A stretch of DNA of 64,000 bases. Origin: an uncultured archaeon (GTDB lineage: Archaea > Thermoproteota > Nitrososphaeria_A > Caldarchaeales > Wolframiiraptoraceae). The translations under genes and the position numbers were made by a program. The DNA is taken from NCBI GenBank assembly GCA_938083505.1, contig CALKCF010000007.1, positions 1 to 64,000 of the forward strand, read 5' to 3'. Positions within the stretch are counted from its first letter, which is position 1, and every line of letters begins with the position of its first letter. A model generated the notes under the pieces. That model had not been told where the DNA came from, did no database searches, and was given only the letters and a program-made list of their open reading frames with translations. Positions 58,112 to 64,000 of this stretch are shown piece by piece.

Positions 58112-58846
58112 CTAAACCTCCGTCGTGCTTGCTCCATATTTCCTTCTAATAGCTTCGCGTTGAGCTTGGTAAATCTTCTGAATGCCTGCCTGGGCTAACT
58201 CAAGTCCCTGTTTAAACTCATCTTTCGTCATCTTTCCGTTTAGTTGAAGTAATACGATGGTGTTTGAGCTAGGTGTCATGCCAACTGGCATATCAGCCTC
58301 CCCATACTTATCCTCTATATCCGATGGGTCTAGGATGATCGTCCCGTCTACCTTACCGACAGCCACCGCAGCTATAAGCTCCCTCATCGGTATGCCTGCA
58401 TCTGCCAAGGCGAGCGATGCAGCCGTAAGTCCGGCAGTCCTTGTGCCACCATCAGCCTGTACAACTTCCACGAACACATCTATGGCGGACCTTGGGAACT
58501 CCTCAAGGAACACAACAGACTCGAGTGCTTCTCTTATGACCTTAGAAAGTTCTACTTCCCTTCTCGTCATACCAAGAATTTTTCTCTCATCCGTACTAAA
58601 GGAAGTCATGTGATACCTACAATTAAGTATCGCCCTATCTGGTATTGCGAGGTGCTTCGGATGCGCCTCCTTCGGTCCGTACACTGCCGCGTACACTTTC
58701 GTCTTGCCCAGCTCCACGTATGCAGAGCCATCGCTTTTCTCCAGAATACCAACCTCTATCTTCAGGGATCTTAAATCTGTCGGACCCCTTCCGTCCAACC
58801 TTCTGCCGTTTTCGTCGATGAGTTTAGGTTTTGTCGTTTGTGTCAT
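58112..58846 (-). CDS. rrp41: Exosome complex exonuclease Rrp41
   Basis: [38 protein letters not shown]; start at ATG 58846 after GGTGGTGA. Confidence 0.96.
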   Translation of the reverse strand: MTQTTKPKLIDENGRRLDGRGPTDLRSLKIEVGILEKSDGSAYVELGKTKVYAAVYGPKEAHPKHLAIPDRAILNCRYHMTSFSTDERKILGMTRREVELSKVIREALESVVFLEEFPRSAIDVFVEVVQADGGTRTAGLTAASLALADAGIPMRELIAAVAVGKVDGTIILDPSDIEDKYGEADMPVGMTPSSNTIVLLQLNGKMTKDEFKQGLELAQAGIQKIYQAQREAIRRKYGASTTEV

Positions 58847-59522
58847 ATGCGACTTCACCACCAACTAATCTGCTTACATATGCCATGACCTTATCGGTCA
58901 AACCTTGGGAGTGCGTCTCCCTTTCTATAAGCCTTATCGCGGACGCTGCGGCAAACTCACTTGTAGGTGAGGGGCCGTTCACTATCACGAAACCATTTGT
59001 GCCGACCATTATACTACATCCAGTGATCTTCTTAATCATGTTTATCATGGAACCCTTCTTCCCTATCAGCCTGGGTACCTTCGTCGGGGTAATAGTTAAG
59101 AGCACCCCTTCGGTTATCTTCTTAAATTGTTCATTTAACTCCAGTAAAACTCCTTTAAGTCCACTGCTTGCCACCCTTGCATAAATCACGTCCCCGATTT
59201 TTAGGTTAAGCGATAAAAGCTCCTTTGCGTTCTTAACTTTAAGCAGCGCCGTTACGTAGCTCCCAAGCTCAACCTCCACACCTATCGGTTTTATGTCCGA
59301 TACTATGCCGATGACCATGTCGCCAGCCATTGGTCTATACGGTCCCTTTAACATTATGACCTCTACTTTTCCGTCCCTTATTGTTGCTATCCCAACTGTG
59401 GATGCGAAAACTTTTCCATTCGTTACGTACGTCCCTTCACCAGCCCTCCTGCTATCGTCGGACAGGAGCTGTCCCGGTAGCACGATTTCCCTCTCGTTGA
59501 AATAAATAGGCACATGCATCAC
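58824..59522 (-). CDS. rrp4: Exosome RNA-binding subunit Rrp4
   Basis: VLPGQ, S1 domain ([11 protein letters not shown]), KH domain [18 protein letters not shown]. Confidence 0.94.
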   Translation of the reverse strand: MMHVPIYFNEREIVLPGQLLSDDSRRAGEGTYVTNGKVFASTVGIATIRDGKVEVIMLKGPYRPMAGDMVIGIVSDIKPIGVEVELGSYVTALLKVKNAKELLSLNLKIGDVIYARVASSGLKGVLLELNEQFKKITEGVLLTITPTKVPRLIGKKGSMINMIKKITGCSIMVGTNGFVIVNGPSPTSEFAAASAIRLIERETHSQGLTDKVMAYVSRLVGGEVAYDTNDKT

Positions 59523-60218
59523 CTACTCAATGGGCCTTGCCTCTGCCCTTCCCGAGCAGAGTTTGTTTAGCTTTTCTATCAAGTCTGCTTGAAGACCAAC
59601 CAGTATTTCGACCTCACCAACCCAGCTACCGTCACTTTTATACTCTTCCTTTAAGATCTTTCCGACGTTCTTTAAAAGACCGTACGCTTTACCTACAAAC
59701 TCGCCCGGCACTCTGACGTACATTCTCATCATGCCCATCTTCATCGGAAGTATTGTGCTTAGTTTCTCTATAACTTTCGTTGCTTGCTCTTTTGCATCAA
59801 CAAATGGGTCTATTGATACGCCCGCTTGCTCCATAGCCAACTCGATCCTTTGTGGAGGGTGGGGCAGTCTTGTCCTCGGATCGACCACGTTCTTGGATAT
59901 GAACTCTATTATTTGTCTCCTCTTTTCATCTATCAATCTATGCCTCTGCTCGGACGTTATCTGTAGGGTCCCCTCGCTGAGTATCTTGGCAGCTATGGCC
60001 AGTTTGTCCTTTGTCTTAAAAACCTTTAACAGTTGCTCTTCCGATGCCCTTATACCCTTCTTCGCGTCGGTGTATATTTCTTCGTATATAAGGACCTTCA
60101 AAATGGGTATCTTTTCCCCCATCTTGTATTTGAGTGCACTATCTGGGTCCACGAGTATTTCGAACGTTTCACCGCGCACTAATCTTGCGATGGTGTATGA
60201 CTCTTTTTGTTTCGTCAT
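59523..60218 (-). CDS. sbds: Ribosome maturation factor SBDS/Sdo1
   Basis: FEILVDP, DAKKG, DPRTRLPHPPQRIE. Confidence 0.96.
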   Translation of the reverse strand: MTKQKESYTIARLVRGETFEILVDPDSALKYKMGEKIPILKVLIYEEIYTDAKKGIRASEEQLLKVFKTKDKLAIAAKILSEGTLQITSEQRHRLIDEKRRQIIEFISKNVVDPRTRLPHPPQRIELAMEQAGVSIDPFVDAKEQATKVIEKLSTILPMKMGMMRMYVRVPGEFVGKAYGLLKNVGKILKEEYKSDGSWVGEVEILVGLQADLIEKLNKLCSGRAEARPIE

Positions 60219-60231
60219 TCTAAAAACCCGG

Positions 60232-60981
60232 TTACTTCAAACCATGAGGTTTGTACTTTTCCATCATCTCTTTGACGTACTTCTCAAGCTCCGATAACGG
60301 CATGGGCGTGTATTTCCTCGTAGAGGTGGGTATCGTAACGAGCCTGATAGTCCACCCCTCATCTATCTTTTCGGCTTGAATTATCAGGGACGCGACGGCC
60401 AGTCTTATGGCCTCCTCCAGAGTTATGTCGTTTCTGTAGTTCGCCTCTAAGAACTCCTTTACTTTATCAGCACCCCTTCCTATGGACCACGAAAAGTACT
60501 CCAGAACTAGCCCGCTCGGCTCTGTGTAAAATACATGCGGGCCAGTTTTGTCAACACCGCCGATTAGCAGAGCGGCACCGAACGGTCTCACACCTGCGTG
60601 TTGTGTATACATCTGCATTATGTCCCCGATCCTCTTTCCGATAGCCTCTACCGTCGCCGCATCGTCGTACGATAGTCTTATTATCTGGGCGTATATTCTT
60701 GCGTTATCTACCAGAACTCTTGCGTCGGAATTTAGACCCGCGGCCGCTGCTCCTATGTGTTCGTCAATCTGGAAGAGCTTCCATGAGTACTCTGGATTCT
60801 GGAGCTTTGTATGCATCCTTTCCTCAACCGCTAACACAACACCTTCATTTGATGTTATGGCGACAACAGTAGATCCAGACCTTACAGTCTCGAGGGCATA
60901 TTCTACCTGGTACAACCTTCCCTGCGGCGAGAAGACGGTAATTGCCCTGTCATAAGCCCCTGCTATACCTAACGCTGTCAT
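60232..60981 (-). CDS. psmA: Proteasome alpha subunit
   Basis: AYDRAITVFSPQGRLYQVEYA, YTQHAGVRPFG. Confidence 0.98.
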   Translation of the reverse strand: MTALGIAGAYDRAITVFSPQGRLYQVEYALETVRSGSTVVAITSNEGVVLAVEERMHTKLQNPEYSWKLFQIDEHIGAAAAGLNSDARVLVDNARIYAQIIRLSYDDAATVEAIGKRIGDIMQMYTQHAGVRPFGAALLIGGVDKTGPHVFYTEPSGLVLEYFSWSIGRGADKVKEFLEANYRNDITLEEAIRLAVASLIIQAEKIDEGWTIRLVTIPTSTRKYTPMPLSELEKYVKEMMEKYKPHGLK

Positions 60982-61114
60982 TCTTATCCCTATCCCCTAA
61001 CTTCTAAAAATTGGCATTAATTAAATATATCTTTAAATTTAATATTGTATTAAATTTTAAATTAAACTAACCAACTACGGGCCGGCCACGCTATATGGCG
61101 CGGAGATATCGACA

Positions 61115-61771
61115 TTAATCTTCTTTATTTAGTATTTTTACTTCGCATTTTGCCAGCTTTTTGAACTGTTTAGCATCCTTTTCTGAACCAACTATCGCGC
61201 CGTAGTGCATGGGTATGGCAAGCCTCGGCATCATGGTATTCGCAACAGAGGCAGCCTCCTCTGCTGTCATAACATACGTTCCGCTTACCGGAACTAGAAG
61301 AACATCCACCTTTAATTCCTTCATCTCCGGAATGAAGTCCGAGTCGCCTGTATGGTATATGTTTATGCCTTTTATTTTCACTATGTAGCCGACACCGCCT
61401 GCGTCCTTTGGATGGAACGGCCTTCCAGGTTCTCTGAACTTTGTAGTGTTATATGCAGGCACCACCTTTATCTTTACACCGTCAACTTCGACCTCGTCTC
61501 CGGGCTTCACATACTTTATCTCCTTGGCCTTCACCCTTCCCAACTGGTTTGCACAAGACCTCGCAGCCATTATAACGCATTTTTCAGAGGATATCTTGTT
61601 TATGTCGTCAACACTAAGATGGTCAAAATGTTCATGCGTTATTAATATGATGTCTGCCATCTCTTCCCCCTTTATCTTGTAAGGATCTATGTAAATGGTT
61701 TTGTCATCCTTTAACCTGAATGCATCATGACCAAGCCAACTTATCTTAATACCTTCAAACTCTATTGGCAC
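61115..61771 (-). CDS. MBL-fold metal-dependent hydrolase (UPF0173-like)
   Basis: WLGHDAF, IDPY, THEHFDH, YHTGD, IPMHYG. Confidence 0.9.
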   Translation of the reverse strand: MPIEFEGIKISWLGHDAFRLKDDKTIYIDPYKIKGEEMADIILITHEHFDHLSVDDINKISSEKCVIMAARSCANQLGRVKAKEIKYVKPGDEVEVDGVKIKVVPAYNTTKFREPGRPFHPKDAGGVGYIVKIKGINIYHTGDSDFIPEMKELKVDVLLVPVSGTYVMTAEEAASVANTMMPRLAIPMHYGAIVGSEKDAKQFKKLAKCEVKILNKED

Positions 61772-61939
61772 ACTGTACCAACCTCAAGTTTACTCTGAAG
61801 TTCATACTTAAAAAAGTTATGCCATGTGGCTTTCCCGCAACTCTTATACCTGCACACATCAACCTATATCAATCCTGTTAAACTTCAAACTGATTATGAT
61901 TATACGCTCATATCTTTCTAAAAGGAAATCTAATGCTCT

Positions 61940-62152
61940 TTAGCCCTCGCCTAAACCTTTCCTCTTATACCGTTCTTTACCTAGGCTGAAGATTAAGCCC
62001 ACACCACCGGCTACGATAAGTGAAGAATAAACTAAAGAAAGTATGATAATTTCATACCACTGAATATTTTGTAAGAACACGAGCAAGGTCGGCAACCCTA
62101 TGGCGCCGATGACTATCGCGAAGATATATAGAAGCAATAACTTTTTCAGCAT
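61940..62152 (-). CDS. Small two-TM hypothetical membrane protein
   Basis: Two hydrophobic helices and a basic C-terminal tail; fills the intergenic space. Confidence 0.6.
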   Translation of the reverse strand: MLKKLLLLYIFAIVIGAIGLPTLLVFLQNIQWYEIIILSLVYSSLIVAGGVGLIFSLGKERYKRKGLGEG

Positions 62153-62200
62153 GATGCGCGTTGGAAGATGATACCCTATAAACTTTTACTAAAAACTGCT

Positions 62201-62869
62201 CTAAAACCTTAGGTTTAGTCTTCTTTTTTCCTGACCGTAACCCCTTATATATGCTTCCCTAAGCCTCTTCACCTCATCAATATCAAGGGGCTTTGCATAG
62301 CCTAAAGAGCTTGCAAGAATGAACGTTCTAGCCTCATCCTCCACCAACAAAGCGGTTTGAAATGCGTCCTCTAAAGAATCGCCGACAGCGATCACACCAT
62401 GGTTTCTCAACAGGACAGCCTTTCCTTCGCCCAAATTCTTGACAACCTCCTCTGCAAACTCTTGTGTGCCGGACATAACGTAACGTGTAACGGGCACTTT
62501 ATGACCTACGGCAGATGCAAACTCAGATGTCAGCACTGGTATCTCCTGTCCAGTAACGGCTAATGCAGTTGCATAATGCGAGTGCGTATGTATGATTGCA
62601 TTTACATCCTCTCTTACTTTGTAAATCAGGCTGTGCACGGGTACTTCCGAGGAAGGTCTCCACTTTCCCCTAATGATATTGCCTTGTAGGTCCATCAGAA
62701 TTATGTCGCTCGGCTTAAGGGCCGACTTGTCGAAGCCACTTGGTGTCATGAGCACCATATTCTTACCAAGCCTTGCGCTTATGTTACCCCAAGTACCGGA
62801 TAAGAGCTTATAATCAAAAGCCCTTTTTCCTACGGCCACTATCTTCCTCCTAAGCTCTTGCTCTGACAT
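62201..62869 (-). CDS. Class II aldolase/adducin family (FucA-like)
   Basis: GNISAR, TPSG, PSSE..H, HTHS, LLRNHG. Confidence 0.92.
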   Translation of the reverse strand: MSEQELRRKIVAVGKRAFDYKLLSGTWGNISARLGKNMVLMTPSGFDKSALKPSDIILMDLQGNIIRGKWRPSSEVPVHSLIYKVREDVNAIIHTHSHYATALAVTGQEIPVLTSEFASAVGHKVPVTRYVMSGTQEFAEEVVKNLGEGKAVLLRNHGVIAVGDSLEDAFQTALLVEDEARTFILASSLGYAKPLDIDEVKRLREAYIRGYGQEKRRLNLRF

Positions 62870-62943
62870 TCTCGCGAATGTTTACTATTTTTAATGTGGA
62901 CGTAATAAACATTCTCTTACATAAATCAGTATACAGGGGTCTT

Positions 62944-63186
62944 TTAAGGTTTAATGAGGTTCTCAAGACTTAAAAATTGAGGAAGTAAGTGGCTTAATCC
63001 ATCCTTTCCATCTCTTCTGAGATACGTCTCGATAGCCACTCGTTCATGAATTGGCTGAAAGCTCGGAGGTCTTCTGCGCTCTTCAAACATCTTTTGGACT
63101 AGCCTTCGGTGTAGCCCCTCAAGGTACTCAGCGATCTGAAGGCCCACAGTTATTGTCATCTTAACCTTAGCCGGAGGCATATTCAT
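62944..63186 (-). pseudogene. RHH-like small DNA-binding gene, probably frameshifted
   Basis: KVKMTITV strand plus a helix; removing one T at about 63058-60 gives ...PPSFSQFMNEWLSRRISEEMERMD* (stop at 62994-96). Confidence 0.5.
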
Positions 63187-64000
63187 CAGATGCTTATCCT
63201 TGCTATGGCTTTTGAACGTAGTATGTCCATACCTATCCGTCCACTTGCCATGATGCCGTAGACTTCGTCCTTCATAGTCTCGTAACTGCTTATCGTTAAG
63301 TCACGTCTGATGAGTAGCACACCGGCTGCCTTCCTATCTATGACTAATGCTTTGTTATCTGGAACCGAGCTGCTGTTATCAACTATTAGCTCCAGTCCTA
63401 AGAAGTTGCCTAGCACACCCCTCTGCTTATCGATAGTCTCGCCGAAGTAAAAGCTATGTATGAACTTGTCATCCTTCCAAAGGTCGGCCTCCCTGGACGT
63501 GCTGACCAGTAAGCAATCTGGGTGGAACATCTCCTTCAATACAGCCTTCCTCGCGTTTACAACGTCCTCGTAACTAAGCCTTCCAGAATTGATAGTCGCT
63601 ATCTCCGAGTCTCCGGCGAGCTCATCTTCTGGTATCTGTGTGAACATGCTTATGACCTCCTCTGTCTCCAGCAGACCGACGGTCCTGCCCAGCTCCGCAG
63701 CTCATCTTTCTAACACAACCCATAGTGCATCTTTAAGGAACTTCATCGTCCATTCTGCCGCTGCCCTTGTCTCTAAGTCAGCTTTAACGTCTTGAACGTC
63801 ATACCTCTCACCGGTGATCCATACTTGGGCCAGCTCTGCACTTTTGTACGTCCTAGCCTTCTTCACCTTCAGAAACCTTATGACAGGGTCCGAGGTTCTT
63901 ATGACCTGAACAAAATGTCTGGCTATCAGGTTGGGCTGAGCCGCCTCGACCACAACATCGTGCATCCTCGCTACAGCTTCGAGTATGCTACTCGTTATAG
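63186..64000 (-). pseudogene. HK97-fold major capsid protein gene, 5'-truncated by the window and interrupted by an in-frame TGA at 63702-63704
   Basis: Track ORFs 63702..63965 and 63186..63647 share a frame, joined by LER*AAELGRTVGLLETEEVISMFTQ; MCP-like motifs AAQPNLIAR, EWT.KFL.DA.W, DDKFI, GNFLGL, IRRDLTI, GRIG..ILR..AIARI; frame stays open to the window end. Confidence 0.72.

Noticed and set aside
63702-63704. Selenocysteine or genetic-code reassignment of the TGA in the capsid gene
   Set aside because: TGA is an ordinary stop in many genes in this window, a Sec residue has no obvious role there, and the adjacent frameshift favours decay.
1-64000. Many ORFs of 60-270 aa in the track that overlap the genes above (e.g. 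429..872, 13169..13954, 27524..28132, 39557..40363, 53720..54337, 59731..60297)
   Set aside because: They are antisense or alternate-frame shadows of well-supported genes, with Ser/Thr/Pro-rich composition and no recognisable motifs.
1-64000. CRISPR arrays, rRNA, tRNA, IS transposases
   Set aside because: I saw no regularly spaced repeats, cloverleaf/T-arm signatures, rRNA-like stretches or transposase motifs, and the intergenic gaps are short.

Overview
This is a 64-kb segment of an archaeal chromosome. The lineage looks TACK, probably a thermophilic Nitrososphaeria/Aigarchaeota-type, inferred from PolB1, exosome, prefoldin, L15e/L37ae, TBP and small Zn-finger families. It is densely packed with housekeeping genes: trpEGDCF, thrB, RNase P subunits, L15e, prefoldin alpha/ftsY, sucCD, mdh, leuCD, ilvD, polB1, lipA-lpdA-lipB, tbp, leuB/leuA-ilvBNC, an ECF module and the proteasome-SBDS-exosome superoperon. 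I found no rRNA, tRNA or CRISPR array. The most notable signals are: (1) long, structured 5' leaders in front of leuA and ilvB that carry tiny uORFs with cognate Leu/Val or Ile codons and alternative pairings sequestering the Shine-Dalgarno, a candidate ribosome-sensed attenuation system in an archaeon, with a weaker echo before trpE; (2) an HK97-type major capsid gene with an in-frame TGA, next to a frameshifted RHH-like gene, at the right edge; (3) a LipS1-type radical SAM lipoyl synthase alongside classical LipA/LipB; (4) an NAD-kinase-fold/wHTH fusion with a degenerate GGDG motif; (5) several small ORFs missed by the ORF track; (6) an uncharacterised amine/imine metabolic cluster at 28.7-35.8 kb. 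All functional calls come from motif recognition by eye, with no database searches.
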